Origin: Felis catus
Lineage: Eukaryota
NCBI RefSeq assembly: GCF_018350175.1
Contig: NC_058383.1
Coordinates: forward strand, 27,468,001 to 27,532,000
Direction: 5' to 3'
Length of the DNA: 64,000 nt
Each line of letters starts with the position of its first letter. The stretch's first letter is position 1. The translations under genes were made by a program, and so were the position numbers. Shown here in pieces: positions 48,316 through 61,502 of this stretch. Below the pieces are notes generated by a model. That model was not told where the DNA came from, searched no databases, and was given only the letters and a program-made list of their open reading frames with translations.

Positions 48316-48759
48316 ATAGCTTTTCTCTTTTTTTTTTTTAAATAGTCAGGTAAAGAAGAGTTTTATTTGCCCAGACTTCAATCCTGGTCATAAGAGGAGT
48401 TGGCACTCACCTGTGAAAAGCATCTAGAGAGAGGAACACTCAGTCCCATTGCCTAAAAATATCCACCACCCCACTGGATCTGAAATTCCCACCATTACCA
48501 CTTTTAGTGGATCGCATCACAGAATATTACCTTTGGAGGCCTCCTCGGGGAACCAGCTCTTTCTTCCCTAGCAGGAAATGTAAAGAGTACTGTCTGCTCT
48601 GGGATAGTTAATATAAGAATATCCTGGGTTCCGTTCTCATTTATGCTATCAACTTGCTGTGTGCCTTTAGTCTAGTTACTTCCCTTCTCAGGACCCCAGA
48701 GGTCTCCATCATTCTTGACACTTGCTGTGAAATGAAATTAGATAGAACTGCTGTCTTTG

Positions 48760-49070
48760 ACCAGGTCAGAAACTCAAGTAAATATGGCCCGGGTATGGAA
48801 TTTGGCAAACTGGAAGCCCTCGCCCATCTGAAGAGGATGGCTGCTGTGCATCACCAGCAGACTATTGCCTGGTGGGGATATCAGCCAGAGTTAACCAATC
48901 AGTGGATCTCTTAAAAGAGAAGCCATGATTTTACATCAAATATACCAATTGTTTAGATGTTGGCAACTAAATGGCTCAAATAAGCCAACAAACCCAAATG
49001 GTGTTGGCAAAACAAAACACTCACATTGACTCTTACTGGATCCACCTCTGAACCAGCCCCTTCGAGAAGG
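48760..49070 (+). mobile_element. MER102-like element
   Basis: caggtcagaaactcaa...ggcaaactggaag...aagagaagcca...atgttggcaactaa...caaaacaaaacac. Confidence 0.65.
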
Positions 49071-49280
49071 GGAACAAAAGCTGACCAGCAAAGCCTCCAT
49101 TACATGCGCCCCTCTCTTGAGATGATTCCCTTCCATCACATTCAGGAAAACAATTAGACAAAAGCTAGAGCTATCTGCTCTAAGACACAAACTGAAAAGA
49201 TAACTATCACCTGGGCTCTCCCACTGTTTTTTTCTTTTTCTAATGCCATGCATTGTTTAGCTTGAAATTGCTTGATCTGG

Positions 49281-49282
<2 letters not shown>

Positions 49283-49331
<49 letters not shown>
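49283..49331. repeat. (CA)n microsatellite
   Basis: direct read. Confidence 0.95.
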
Positions 49332-49336
<5 letters not shown>

Positions 49337-50599
49337 CCATATACCTGTTACAAGCAGATCTCCCCTTAACCATAAAGGATTTCTGAGGCCTGTTCCCAAG
49401 AAGGAGGCTGCCCTTAATGACCCATGTATTCCCACCTCCAGGTCTTGGCATCCACAGAGCAATTCTGCACAAGGCGACCCTGGTTCACTTCTCAGTAATT
49501 CTGACTTCTCAGGGACTGACTTTTGTTTATTTTCTTCTGTCCAAAGCATACATATTTCATTCCAGCAGCTTTTCCACATCAGCAAAATCTGTGTTACCAA
49601 CACCAGATTCTTCTTTGTGCACTGGCTCCTTCCTGATTAACTCTATTTAGGTAATTTATTTTGGTTGCCTGTTTGCCATTTGGGAGATCGATACAAATTT
49701 AAATGAGAAGCAAGAGTATTTGCAGGCACTTCAAGTGTTGATCAAACACAGAGCCGGGCTGCTGAGGTTCTCTGCCTTGGAGATGAGCTCTCTAGGGATC
49801 ACCGGGATCTCATCTTCCCAAAAAAGATGAGAGGATGAGAGATAGAAAGGGAGGGAGGGAGGAAGAGAGGAAGGAAGGGAAGCAGAGGAGACAAGAAAAA
49901 TAACAAAAAAGAAAAGAAAAAGGGGCCAAACCAGTTTCCCAGCTTTCTAGTTGGGTTGGCAAAGGTCAGTTGCCTCTAGCCTTTGGCTAAACTTTTTACA
50001 GATATGTGCGTGCTGAAACCTACCCCACGTTCTTGCTTATACAGGCTCCCAGGTAAAGCAGAGAGACACTGCCTGCTCACCTGCACACAGGTTGGTAGCT
50101 GTCAGTGCATATTTCAAAGAGCAGGCAGGAACTGACTCAGTCAGTTCCTGAGTCTTTCAGGACTCACTCTTTCAGGGTGCTGGTGCCCTTCCCACCAGGT
50201 TCCTGTGGAGTCCAGAATACGATCTGATTTCACAGATGCTCTCCTGAACCAGACCAAATTCTGTGCATTTGGGGGTGATGTGGAGGTGGGGCACCCTTTG
50301 GTCTAGACTCAGTGGCCTCCTTTCCATTAGTTCCCTAGACATTGCCTACTTTCTTTAGAGAGCAGATGGTTGGGGAAGGCATTTTCCAAGGAGACCCTGG
50401 GCCAGATCTTGCCAAACATGTGGCCAATCAGAGGAGGGAGGGCTTAGGAGTCATGGCCAGGCTCTGCCTTTCTGAGGTTCCAGCTCTGGGATTCTGTACT
50501 CACTCCTGGCTGTAGCATCTTGAGACACGGGGAAGGCTGCATTTCATTTAACCAACAGAACTGTATATTTGGCTCTCCGTCTGGAGAAAATACAGATTC

Positions 50600-51510
50600 A
50601 CACATCAAATCAGATATAGAAGTCAATTCTGGATAGACTGAATATGTAAATGTGAAAAAGAAATAAGGAGAGACACTGTATGTATAACTCAGAATGGGGG
50701 AGACCTTCCTAAGCTAGACAGGAAGTCCAGAAGCTACAAAGTCAATGATTGAGAAGCTGCTTATTAAAAATATTGTTTTTTAAACCTGTTCAACCAAAGA
50801 CCACATATAAACAAAAGGCAATGATAACTGGGATCGAACCTCTACAGTACACACGATTGACAGAGGGTTAGTATTCCTATTAGTGAACTGATAAGAATGA
50901 GGATAAATGAGTTTAAAATTGGGCAAAACACACAAAGAGGAACAGGTAATTTTTGAGCAGGAGGCCATTAAACATATGAACACTGCTCAACTTCACTGAC
51001 AATAAGGAAAATGTACATTTTGACAATCGTGTGACAACATTCTTCCTCCGTCTCTGGCAAAACATTAGAAAGACAGACAGCCTCTGGTGCTGGGAAGGGT
51101 CTGGAGATTTGGGAAAGGCATGTGAGGCTGGCTGGAACTGCATACACTTTTCTACAATGTAATTCTAGCACTATTTATTAAGATTCAAAATATCTTTATC
51201 ATTAGGGCCAGCAATTCCCTTTTTCTGAAGTACATATTCCAGAGACAAAAGCTGTACAGAGACTTATCTGTACAAGGACACATAACCACATTATAGCACT
51301 ATTTGTAGTGTCCCCCTACAAGGAAAAGAAAAGAAAAATGCAAAAAGGAGATGGGGCAGAGTGGGGGGGGGGTGGGCAGGGAGAGAGAGGGAGGGGGGAA
51401 ATGGGGAACATTCTGAATGTCTACAGAAGGAAAAAGGGTTAATGAAATATTGTAAACCTTGCTAGATAATATGAGGTAGTCATTTAAAGGGATGAATCAG
51501 ATATTTAACA
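50600..51510 (+). mobile_element. Ancient L1ME ORF2 3'/3'UTR fragment
   Basis: gacagagggttagtattcc...aaattgggcaaa...aaacatatgaacactgctcaacttcact...ccagcaattccc...atagcactatttgtag. Confidence 0.7.
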
Positions 51511-51534
51511 GAAAGTGCAGGTAACAGATTGATC

Positions 51535-51747
51535 TAGCTTAGTTCATGATACTGAAGGCAGGGGTTTGGAGCCAGGCCACTTGGGTTTGATTCAGCATTT
51601 ATGGGCTTGAAAGGTAACTAACTTCACTGTGTCAGTTTCCTCACCTGTCGGCTGGGAAAACCAGTGGGGAGATTAGAAGAGTTCATTATGTAAACTGCTT
51701 AGACCATGCCTGGTAACTAACAAGCTTTAACAACTGTTGGCTATTAC
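51535..51747 (+). mobile_element. MIR SINE
   Basis: ttggagccaggccacttgggtttga...tcagtttcctcacctgt...tgcttagaccatgcctgg...tgttggctatt. Confidence 0.8.
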
Positions 51748-52919
51748 AATTCATAATGTGGGATTCCACTCTGGGTGACACAAGTAAAATAAAACAAAAC
51801 AAAACAACACAAAACAAAACAGAACAAAAAACTGCCCATAGATGTAGATGTTCCTAGCGTTTGAATGAGAAAACAACCTGCAGGGGAGAGGGGCATGTAA
51901 CAGAGGAAGGAGAGGTGGGACGTGAAGGGGGAGATTGGGCACTTCATCATTATATTCTTACCACTGAAATGTTACAACTAATATGGCTGATATTCAGCAG
52001 TTAGGCAAGCTCATGGCTACAGCAGCTGTTAAAATACTAAAATATTATTGTACCAGTTGGTATAGTATGTCCCCTACTATCCTAACCATCCTAGGCCCTT
52101 TCCTGGAGCCTACCCCGCCCTCCAGGCCTCCCCATGACCCAGCAGGTACAGAGTTAATGCCTTGGTTGCCCAGGGGGTCAACAGGGGTCCCCAGATCCTT
52201 GCTCCAGCCTAAGCTTAGATCACTTGTCTCACATAGTTGTATATTCTAAATATCACCCCTACAGACAGCAATATATTGCCTGTATAATTTTATTTTAAAA
52301 ATCAGTAAACTATAACATGGAATAGAGTGTAGAAAGCCTACATTTCTGCATCTTGGTGGTAGTCACCAAAGCCAAGACTGACTTGTGTGATTTGCAAACT
52401 GCTACCTTCCCCTCCGCCCGTTTCTTACCAACAGTGATATTCAAATTACTCTCTACCTGAAGCTAGCATGGTAAATAATTGAACCTCTGAACGAATATTA
52501 AAGACTTAAAAAAAAACCACCTTAAATAGTACCTGCACAGGCTTTTACTGCAACCTACAGGGTGTCTTCCTCAAATTCACTGCTCAGAATCTCTTGAGCC
52601 CCAGAAGTCTTTTAGAATAATACCAGGAAATGAATACCTACCTGGTAATGCATTATAATTTCTAGGTCTGGCTGTGGATGGAAGCCAAGCCCAGGTTTGT
52701 ACAAGTTGGAAAAGAATAAAATGTCCCTGGCTGCAAATAAATAGCAGTGCCAATAACAGATTATAATGTACTACATCCCCAGAAGTCGGGGAGGAGAGAA
52801 TTGAGCAAAAAAAATTAGATAATCAGCCTAAAAGGGCAAAGCAAGTCCCTGTAAGCTGGCTCTATTATAGGAGGGACAGTGGGACACAGTGAGGAAGTTT
52901 CTGTTTAAAAGCAAGAGCA

Positions 52920-53070
52920 GTATCAATGGCAGACACTGTTTCAGCACTGAAAATATGTCCTAGGACTTCAGGGGATACTGTGACGGGACCCATTTTACAG
53001 ATGTGGAGGCTGAGGTGCAGGGAAGTTAACTCTCTCGCCCACAGGTCTCAGACTCTGGTGAGCTGCCTGT
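52920..53070 (-). mobile_element. MIR SINE
   Basis: cccattttacagatgtggaggctgaggtgcagggaagttaa. Confidence 0.8.
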
Positions 53071-53408
53071 GAAAGCAGGTGCCTCCATCCCTGAAATCCA
53101 TTCTAGTCCCCTGAGCGAGGCATTTGTCTCCAGGAGATGCAGAGGCACAGAAATGATGAGAGAAGCAGGTCTCTAAGATGCTCTAGAATCAGGTTCATTT
53201 GCCAAAGCCCAAGTGAAAGACCAGCCTGTTTCCAGGTAAAGTGATTTCTAGCTCACGTCAAGTCTCAGTTAATTTGGGCTAATTCACGTGTGGATCTGGC
53301 AAGACTTAGTCCTTCCCCCAGGAGCACACACACCACTGCCTTGCTGGGGCCACATTCACGCGCTCTCCACCACTGCCTGTGCAGTGAATTTAGATGTGAA
53401 GATGCTGC

Positions 53409-53618
53409 GGGGGCGTCTGGGTGGCTCAGTGGGTTAAACATCCGACTGGATTTTGGCTCAGGTTGTGATCTCACGGTTGGGTTCTTTCGATCCCCAGCTA
53501 GGCTCTGCACTGACAGTGTGGAGTCTGCTTGGGATTATCTCTCACTCCCTCCGTCTCTGCCCCTCCCCCGCTCACACGCACTCTCTCTCAAAATAAATAA
53601 ATGAACTTAAAAAAAAAA
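53409..53618 (+). mobile_element. SINEC
   Basis: ggggcgtctgggtggctcagtgggttaa...ctctctctcaaaataaataaatgaac; degenerate TSD gtgaagatgctg/gtaaaaatgctg. Confidence 0.93.
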
Positions 53619-53959
53619 GTAAAAATGCTGTGTTGATGGTAGGAGTCCCCATGGTGCTCCTCCGTATTAGACCGACTGAAATAAAAGGGAGGGAAGGAAG
53701 ATCTAAGGGGCAGCTGGAGCCCAGAAGAGATGCGCCCCAATTATATTTACACAGGGTCGTCGTTCTTCACCTTCTGAAAAGGAGGGCAATGGTTGGGGAA
53801 AATCTTATTGATATGCTCCAATTTTCTGGGAGAGGCTTTTTTGGTTTTTTTCCTGGGGACAGAGTTCTCCAAATTCTCAGAGGGATCTGTAGCCCAAAGG
53901 AGGTGAAAAACCCACCATCATGGGGTCTCTGAATCAAATGTTAGGACATTCATCTCCAG

Positions 53960-54570
53960 TCCTTTTAATCCACGCATATTTGTTGAGATCCCATTACTGG
54001 CAAGTTTCGCTCAGACACAAAGACTGCTGATGTTCCCTCTCTCGCGAAGCTTGTGAGTTAGGGAGACAGACACTTAATGATTCATCTGGTGGCTCATTAA
54101 TACGATGGTGGTAAGAGCTTCAGAAAACAAGGGCAGAGTGCAGTGAGGATACATTTCTTGGTCTAGTCTGACTAGGGATAGATTCCCTGAGGCAGTGGAA
54201 TTTAAGCTGAGCTCCAAAGCATGAACAGTTGGGAGGCAGGATAGAGTAAAGAGTGTTCTAAATTCTAGCCACTCAGAGTATGGTCTTAGAGTATCAGCAT
54301 CACCTGGGACCTTGCTGGAAATGCAAAGTCTCAAGCCCCACCTGGGATCTAGCAAAACAAGAATCCGAACTTTTTAACAAGATCCCCAGTTGATTTGTAT
54401 TTGCATTGAGGGTTGAGAAGTGCTGCTCTGAAGAGAAGAAATAGCATCTGAGGAACTAGAAGGGCATCAGGTGTTCCTGGGACTTAGGGAGAAAGAGGTG
54501 GCAGTGACGGTGGGAGAACTGACGCTGGAGAGAGGGGCAGACCACGTGGGATTCTTGTAGCCATGTTAAG
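53960..54570 (-). mobile_element. L2 fragment containing a MER5A
   Basis: catatttgttgagatcccattac...gattccctgaggcagtggaatttaagctgag...ctggagagaggggcagacc. Confidence 0.65.
54264..54425 (+). mobile_element. MER5A hAT-Charlie MITE
   Basis: atcagcatcacctgggaccttgctggaaatgcaaa...ttttaacaagatcccca...ttgagaagtgctg. Confidence 0.88.
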
Positions 54571-55214
54571 CAAAAAAATAAAATAAGAAAAATAATTGAG
54601 GGCAAATAAACGATTATGCTTTGGGCAAGATCTTCTAAAACCCTAATTTGGCAGCTTGAGCTACAGGGTCGTAAAAATACAACCAGTGCTGAAAATAGCT
54701 AATGCTCGTAGTTACCCATCTCCCCGACAACACAGACTGTACGTCACCTCTGTTTCCTCATCTGTAAGATGGGGACAACAAACCCTCCACCGCAGGGTCA
54801 CTGGGGTAGTTTAATGGAACACTGCCTATAATTCTCATATATCAAATCTGATGCACAGGAAGTATTTAATAGATGAGTTTACTTCTCACTGATCCGACAA
54901 ATGTTTGTCCCGGCCCTTCAGTCTAAGCCCTGATACAGGAACTGAAGATGTCACAATGAACAAGAGGTGATCTATAGCCCCAGGGAGCTCAAAATCACTT
55001 TGGGGAAGCTGGGACTCCAACAGGTGATTTTGACAGATTGATGAGCAATATGACAGGGGAAGCAGGGGGCTGTGGGAGTGTACATGAGACAGATAACAGA
55101 GAATCCAGGAAGCTCAGGCAGGAAGGGATGTCTAGGGTGATGCTGAAGAATGAGTTGGAGTCAGCTAGCCCAGGAAGAGGGAGGTGAACATGAGAGACAC
55201 TGAGAGGCATTTAC

Positions 55215-56040
55215 AACATCCAGAACCAAAAAAGGTTTAGGTATTTAGAATATACAAGGAGCCCCTGTAAATTACGAAGAAAAGATAGGAAACCCAAGGG
55301 AAAGATCAAACAAACCAAAAAAAACTCATGAACAGACGATTCAGATATGGAGAAACCTGAGTAACTCTATGATATTGGAAGAGATGCTGCCACTCTTCAA
55401 TAACTAGAGAAATGCAAATTAAAACGAGGTGCTCACCTACCCATCAGAATGGCAAAACATTAGACAGGTGGCCATTGCCGGGAAGCACGGAGCCAGGAAC
55501 TCTCCTTTCTTCCTGGTGGGAGAGTGAACTGGCAAAACCATTTGGAAAAGCTAGCTGGCGAGACTTGGTGAACTTAGGTTAGTGTCTGCCCTGTTACCTA
55601 TCAATCTGTCTCACCTATGTATACATCCCAGGGGAGTTGCCACATCGATTCATGAAGGGATGAGTCTGTACCTTGAAGTTTTTTTCTAACACCAAGAAGG
55701 CAACCCAGGTGTCCATCCTTAGGCCAGAACTGAATAACTAAAATGTGATAAATGAACGTGATTAAAGAAAACCATACAGCATGAGGAAGTCACAAGCTAA
55801 ATATACAGAAAGAAATACAGACAGACCTTAAAACAGTGTTGAGTGAGGAAAGCCTCAGGATGAGATTTATAACATAACGCTGTTTATGTTAATTAAAAAT
55901 ACACTCACAATCAAAATAACTGTGTACTTTACAATGTTTACAAACATATATCAAACACGTGAACGAAGGAAATGATATTGGGAATGAGGTGTATAGGGAA
56001 AGAAAGAAATGAATAATAAAATAAAACAAGGGCCATCCCT
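55215..56040 (+). mobile_element. Ancient L1ME 3' fragment within an L2 (-) context
   Basis: gaacagacgattca...agagaaatgcaaattaaaac...ctggtgggagagtgaactggc...ccatttggaaa...caacccaggtgtccatc. Confidence 0.75.
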
Positions 56041-56479
56041 TGACCAAATAGGATGATATTTCCTGAGCTACAGAATTTGATTAACTCAGGTCTAGGCTTC
56101 TAACAGTGTTTCAGGCAAAGGTAATAAGAATACGATTCCTAGAGGCAAAAGAAGATATGCTGCCTCCTGGACACAGAGAGAATACAGCAGAGCTGGAATA
56201 AAGAATGTAAGTCAGGGAGTTCCGGGGTAGGGAGAGGCCAGATCATGGAGGGTCCCCAAAACCATACTAAAAAATCACAATTTGCTCTTAGGATTACAGG
56301 GAGTCACTGAAGGATTACAAGTGACATGATTTTGTTTCTAATCTTGTTCTAAACTCCAGTAATGAGGGGAAAAGGCATTTATTTGTATTCATGTGGTTTA
56401 TTTATCAAGTGTTAATAAAACAGGCTTTGGGCATCATAGCATCCAAATCATGGGCTTATAGTTTTCCCACTTTTTAAAA

Positions 56480-56687
56480 TAAGTTTATTTTTTTTTAATG
56501 TTTATTTATTTTGAGAGAGAGAGAATTCCGCACATGTGTGGGAGAGGCAGAGACAGGAGAAAGAATCCCAAGCAGGCTCCATGCTGAATCCCAAGCTGGC
56601 TCACGTGACCTGAGAGATAGTGAGATCGCGACCTGAGCCAAAATCAAGAGTCAGGTGCTTAACCAACTGAGCCACCTAGGCGCCCCT
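56480..56687 (-). mobile_element. SINEC nested in the tail of a short CAN-SINE
   Basis: ttaatgtttatttattttgagag...gacctgagccaaaatcaagagtc...gccacctaggcgcccc; internal duplication gaatcccaagc(a/t)ggctc. Confidence 0.9.
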
Positions 56688-56801
56688 CATTTTTTTAAAG
56701 TTGTTTTTATTTAAGTAATCTCTAGACCCAACATAGAGCTCAAACTCAAACCCCTGAGATCAAGAGTTGCACGCTCTTCCAACTGAGCCAGTCAGGCGCA
56801 C
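56688..56801 (-). mobile_element. Short tRNA-derived carnivore SINE (SINEC_old-like)
   Basis: taagtaatctctagacccaacat...ccctgagatcaagagttgcacgctcttccaactgagccagtcaggcgc; outer TSD-like tcccactttt on both sides of the SINE pair. Confidence 0.8.
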
Positions 56802-57284
56802 TGATTTGTCCCACTTTTAAACCAATTATGACAGTCATTGACATCTTCACCAGGAGCAACCCACAGGAGGCAATGTAGAGTCACACGATGTGACCTTGAG
56901 GAAGGTCACCTAAACTCTGAACATGAAGTTTTTAGTTTCCTTATTATTAACAACAACAATAAAACAACACAAACACTTCCCACATTCAGTCACTACTGGA
57001 ATTAAATAGGAATTAATTTTAAACCTTCACAATAACTTTATGAGATAGATATTAGTTAACGTTTTCTTTGAAGAAGAAACCAAAACGAAGACAGATGTTA
57101 AGCAACTTGCCCAAGGCCATTAACAGTTAAAAGATGCACAAGCTAAGGTTGAAACAGGCAATTCTGTTCATAGGCTGTTTTAAGAGTCTATTCTGTGAAC
57201 CATACCTCATTGCGCTACAGTGCACACTTCAAAGTTTGCAGTTTTGAACGAGCTACTACATATAGCTTATTAGTATGTTGGAAC

Positions 57285-58776
57285 CTAGAAATCTAAATCA
57301 AATGTTCTCTGGGCTATCCTGGATCTATACATGCATTTTGTTTGACGTGAATAGTTTAAAAATTATTTTTGTAGTAATAGTCTGTATTTTGCAATCTAAA
57401 GATCTTAAATAAAAATCAATAATTCTGGTTTCTTCAAAAGCAAAAATAAACTATTGGGGACTTCATCAAAATAAAAAAAACTTCTGCACAGTGAAGGAAA
57501 TAGCAAAACTAAAAGGCAACCTGTGGAATGGGAGAAGATATTTGCAAATGACAAACATGATAAGGGGTTAGCATCCAAAATCTATAAGGAACTTATCAAA
57601 CTCAACACCCAAAAAACAAATAATTCAGTTGATAAATGGGCAGAAGACATGAATACACATTTTTCCAAAGAAGACATCCAGATGGCCAACACACACATGA
57701 AAAGATGCTCAACATCACTCATCATCAGGGAAATGCAGAACAAAACACCTCATACCAGTCAGAGTGGCTAAAATTAACAACACAGGAAACAAAAGATGTT
57801 GACGAGGATGCAGACAACGGGAAACCCTCTTGCACTGTTGGTGGGGATGCAAATTGGTGCGGCCACTGTGGAAAACAGTATGGGGGCAGTGGTTCCTCAG
57901 AAAGTTAAAAATAGAACTATCCTATGATCTAGCAATTAAACTACTTGCTATTTACCCAAAGGATACAAAACTTGGTATTTACCTAAAGGATACAAAAATA
58001 CTGATTCAAAGGATACATGCACCCTAATGTTTATAGCAGTATTATCAATAACAGCCAAATTTCATGAAAAGAGCCAAAATGTCCATTGACCTATGAATGG
58101 ATAAAGAAGATGTGATACGTACACACAGTGGAATATTACTCAGCCATAAAAAAGAATGTAATCTTGCCATTTGCAAAAATGTGGATGGAGCGAGCTAGAG
58201 TGTATTATGCTAAGTGAAATAAGTCAATCGAAGACAAATACCATTTGATTTCACTCATATGTGTAATTTAAGGAACAAAACAAATAAACATAGTGGGGGG
58301 AAAAAGAAAAACAAACCGAGAAACAGACTCTTAACTACAGAGAACAAACTGATGGTTACCAGACAGTGGGGGAATGGGTGAAATCAGTGATGGGGAATAA
58401 GGAGGGTACTTGTGATGAGCCCTGGGTGTGACATGTAAGTGAGGAATCACTAAATTCTACACCTGAAACTAATACTGCTCTGTAAGTTAACTAATTTAAT
58501 AAATTTAAATAAAATAAATACATTTAAATAAAAACTTGGGAAAAAAGGAATTCTGGTTTCTTGTGAAAAGCTGGAAAATTTGGCAAGACTGGTCTCCCAC
58601 ACTCTTCTAAAAAAAAATCAGTGGGAGCTGAGGAGCAGTTACCCATTTAGAGAAGGCAAGTGCTTTGCAATTTTCCACAGTCCCCACCCCTCCCTAATAT
58701 ACCCTAATGCACCAGCATCACTTACTTCATTTGCTTTAAATGCCTAGCCCTAACAGACTTTGATGTTACGACCCCG
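57285..58776 (-). mobile_element. MER102-like element split by an L1
   Basis: after the L1: ggagctgaggagcag...ccacagtccccacccctccc...tgcctagccc...tttgatgttacgacccc. Confidence 0.7.
57435..58548 (+). mobile_element. 5'-truncated carnivore L1 (L1_Carn-like)
   Basis: EWEKIFAND...[33 protein letters not shown] in broken frames; perfect 14-bp TSD aattctggtttctt at 57421-57434 and 58549-58562. Confidence 0.95.
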
Positions 58777-59629
58777 GCTGTGGGCAATACAAATGACCTA
58801 ATCACTGACAGCACAGGGAAGTTCAGGATTTTAAAAATCCAAAGACCGACCTATCTCAAGAAGTGATGCCATATTAAACTCTTCCTGGAGATTTGCCTCC
58901 CAGATCTCCACTCTCTTTGGTTGTTTCCCCTTTGGCCTTAATTTCCTCTTTTATGTAATTGCCAAATGACTACAACAGCAGACACCATCAAGACGTGTGC
59001 CCTGGAATTGTTCCTTTAGAAGCTGAACACCAGGCTGAGCTTTTCCAATAACTCCCTATTCATTCAAATCTAATTACAAAATGATTTTTAATCATTGTAA
59101 AATAAATTCACTCTTCACGTCTGGAAATGTTAAAGCCCTAATTTAACAGCAGCAACAACAACGACAAAATACCTTCTAATGGATTTGCACTAAGAAACGG
59201 AATGTGGCCTGTGCTGTCAGATGTTCAATAATTTAACTGCAAATGAAGTGTGCAAAATACAATATTTGTGTCATAAACTACCCGGCTTGTCACATAATAG
59301 ATTTTTGAAGAGTCACGTTTCACGACACTGAGCAATGTTATGTTGGAACAGTGGAGTAGCCAAATTGAGGTTTATAGGTTCCGTTTGCTTATGTAGAAAG
59401 GGATTGAATCTCACTCACCCAGGGGCAAGGAGCGCAGATATGCAATATTTCTCTGGATCCCGCCATTTGAAAGCAGTGGCTGGAATTCACCCATCCAACT
59501 GGATAATGTATAATTATACATATACATAAACATTATACATAATGTTCAAACTTCCCTATGTCATGAGATGTGGTTTGGACTAACTTTACATGTCAAAGGG
59601 ATTTTGCAATTCTCTTGGTATCACTGACC

Positions 59630-60143
59630 ATAGTAGGCAGAATAACCATGCCCCCCAAAGACACCCAGGTTTTAATCTTCTGGGATCTGTGAATATATAA
59701 GGCGAGGTGACCAAGGGGAATCAGGGTTGCAGAGAGAATTAAGTTGCTAGTCTGCTGACTTTAAGGCAGAGAGATTAGCCCAGATTCTCCAGATGGGCCC
59801 AATGTAATCACAAGGATCCTTAAAAGTAGAAGAGGGAGGCAGAGGGGGAAGTGATTATGGAAGACAGGGAAGGACTTAATCTTCCATTGCTGGCTTTCCA
59901 GATGCAGAATGGGGACCATGAGCCACAGAATACAAGTAGACACTAGAAGCTGGAGAAGGGCTGGGAAACAGACTCCTCCCCCAAAGCCTCGAGAAGAAAA
60001 ACAGCCCTGTAGACACCTTGACTTTGGCCCAGTGAAATCTCCCTCGGACTTCTCACCTGCAGAACTGTACGATAATAAATATGCATTGTTTAAGTCACAT
60101 GACTGAAGGCAATCTGTTACAACAGCAAGAGAAAACTAATATG
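59630..60143 (+). mobile_element. MLT1D MaLR solo LTR
   Basis: gtaggcagaataa...ccccccaaaga...gatgggcccaatgtaatcacaaggatccttaaaag...cagaactgtacgataataaat...gttacaacagcaagagaaaactaata. Confidence 0.9.
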
Positions 60144-60247
60144 CCGAGGCTAGCACCACCTCCGTAGGAAGAATAATGGCAGCAGGACTGGCACACAGGC
60201 TGCTTCTACTCAAAATTAGTAGTCTGGGACACAAACAAAGAACGTCA

Positions 60248-60445
60248 CCATTATTTCCCCAATTTTGTGAGGCACATTTGTTTTTTAAATTTTAACATTT
60301 CTCAAATCAGGGTGTGCCTCACAATTGAAACATACAGTTAATAGTGTTTCCCACCCCGCCCCCACCCCGAGAAAATTGAAAGCTGTTATTAAAAAGATTG
60401 TACGCTTTACGATCTCCGGCACCTTAAAATCATATAAAAAGTAGT
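60248..60445. mobile_element. MER104-like TcMar MITE
   Basis: gcacatttgttttttaaattttaacatttctcaaatcagggtgtgcctcacaattga...ttacgatctccggcaccttaaaatc. Confidence 0.6.
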
Positions 60446-60921
60446 CATTTCAAGAAGCGAGCGGGTGGAAAGCAATCCCACGAGCATGATGGAGTACATT
60501 GTCAGTGTGAAACATGTTGCGAGGCACTGAGGTGGGCTGGACAGGGAGAGAGAGCCGCTCCTCTCTCCAAGATTCTCACAGATAAACAGAACAACGGCCA
60601 GTGTGTGATAAATCACACTAAAATACCGGTGTTATGATTAAAGCTCCAAATACATAACGCTACAAAGTCAGGCACACACCTGGCTAGCTCACCTCCAAGT
60701 TCCCTGTATCTAGCCCAGGGCCTGGCACAGAGAAGGCTGGAGTGACTATATAAGTATTGACTATATAAGTCAATATAAGATTGACTATATAAGTATTTTA
60801 CATGCTTTCCCTCATGTTTCTACCAGATGGATTATATCATCTCACTATCTTATTGCTGAGGAAACTGAGGCTTACAGAGAATACTTAATTTGCCCAAAGT
60901 CACAGAGCTAACAGCTCGGGC

Positions 60922-61146
60922 CAGGTTTTCTCAGCCTCAGCACTAGTGACACTTTGGGCTGAGTAATTCTTTGTTGTGAGGGACTGCCCTGGGCATCGCA
61001 CAACGTTCAGCAGCATCCTTGGCCTCTAGCACTGCAAGTCAGTAGACCACTCCCCTCCACATGTGACAGCCAAAAACGTCTCCAGATGTTGACGAATGTC
61101 CCCCAGGGGGAGAGGAGCAAAAATTATCCGCAGCTGAGAACTACTA
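60922..61146 (-). mobile_element. MER20, full length
   Basis: caggttttctcagcctcagcacta...aattctttgttgtg...cagcagcatccttggcctcta...gtgacagccaaaaacgtctccaga...ctgagaactact. Confidence 0.9.
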
Positions 61147-61176
61147 GCTTCGGAAAAGGGACATCAACATTAAATG

Positions 61177-61462
61177 ATGTGTGGACTTGAAATATGCCCA
61201 CAAAGTCTTTGATACTCTTCCTTAAAAAAATTTTTTTAATGTTTATTTATTATTGAGAGAGAGAGAGACAGAGCATGAGCATGGGAGGGGCAGAGAGAAG
61301 AGGAGACACAGAATCCAAAGCAGGCTCCAGGCTCTGAGCTGTCAGCACAGAGCCTGACGTGGGGCCTGAACCCACAAACTGTGAGATCATCACCCTAAGC
61401 CGAAGTTGGACACTCAACCAAGAGAGCCACCCAGGCACCCCTTTAAGTTTATTTTTATTTAT

Positions 61463-61502
<40 letters not shown>

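Noticed and set aside
48405..48460. Possible 42-nt minus-strand exon (ttttag...CAG|GTGAGT)
   Set aside because: Strong donor but poor polypyrimidine tract, no partner exons and no recognisable peptide; expected by chance in 64 kb
56688..56801. tRNA gene
   Set aside because: The tRNA-like head belongs to a tailed, TSD-flanked carnivore SINE
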